Shown here: one piece after another, positions 1 through 64,000 of the stretch
Layout: each line of letters begins with the position of its first letter
Numbering within the stretch: position 1 is the stretch's first letter
Source: the human T2T-CHM13v2.0 reference genome, Homo sapiens
Direction: 5' to 3' (one strand)
Assembly: GCF_009914755.1 (NCBI RefSeq)
Contig: NC_060931.1
DNA: 64,000 nt
Made by a program: the position numbers and the translations under genes
Notes under the pieces: model-generated
Seen by the model: only the letters and a program-made list of their open reading frames with translations
What the model was told of the DNA's origin: nothing
Database searches by the model: none

Positions 1-261
1 GCTCTTTTCCTTCGTCCAAAGCATTAATGATGCATTCAACATCTCTCTGTTTGTGACCGTAAGTTTTAATGGCATGTTCACTTCTGATAATCACTCTTAA
101 AAACAATTTTGTGATTAGTCATGCACACTGCATTCATAAACAGAATTCAGGCCCTGCTTTTCCTGGTGGTTGATTGGTGTATAAAAGGGAAGATAATTCA
201 AGACATGGCACACACCAAGATGTGTATTGGATTTGATAGTATTTTTTTTCAGCTAACTCAC

Positions 262-63884
<63,623 letters not shown>

Positions 63885-64000
63885 CTGGTAAGAACAAATG
63901 CAAAGCAAAAGGTGATATTATGAGGCTGGAGAAGTCAACATTCAAACACAAACATGTTTGCTTAATAGAGCCATGTCACAGAGAACGTAAGAAGATCTGA

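Overview
AT-rich, repeat-dense primate genomic DNA, most likely human, lying entirely inside SLC13A1 (NaS1, the Na+/sulfate cotransporter of the DASS family) on the minus strand. I located 13 coding exons by hand (exons 2-14 by recalled numbering). All have GT-AG boundaries and compatible phases, and together they give an uninterrupted 1551-nt frame (about aa 34-550). Exon 1 lies beyond the right edge and the last exon beyond the left edge. The introns contain 10 Alus, several L1s, L2/MIR relics, MaLR LTRs, a MER58-like element and microsatellites. Most entries in the ORF track are repeat-derived or chance ORFs. I find no evidence of a new gene system. The best second-look items are local: a bulged-register 5' splice site at exon 11, a (CA)20 tract next to the exon 9 donor, inverted Alus bracketing exon 3, a palindromic CTCF-like site, an HRE/E-box cluster inside exon 7, two 5'-inverted L1s, an ORF1-less but end-complete L1MA within a four-layer nested insertion, and several apparent template-switch hairpins. 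Repeat subfamily calls come from remembered consensus sequences and their boundaries are approximate.
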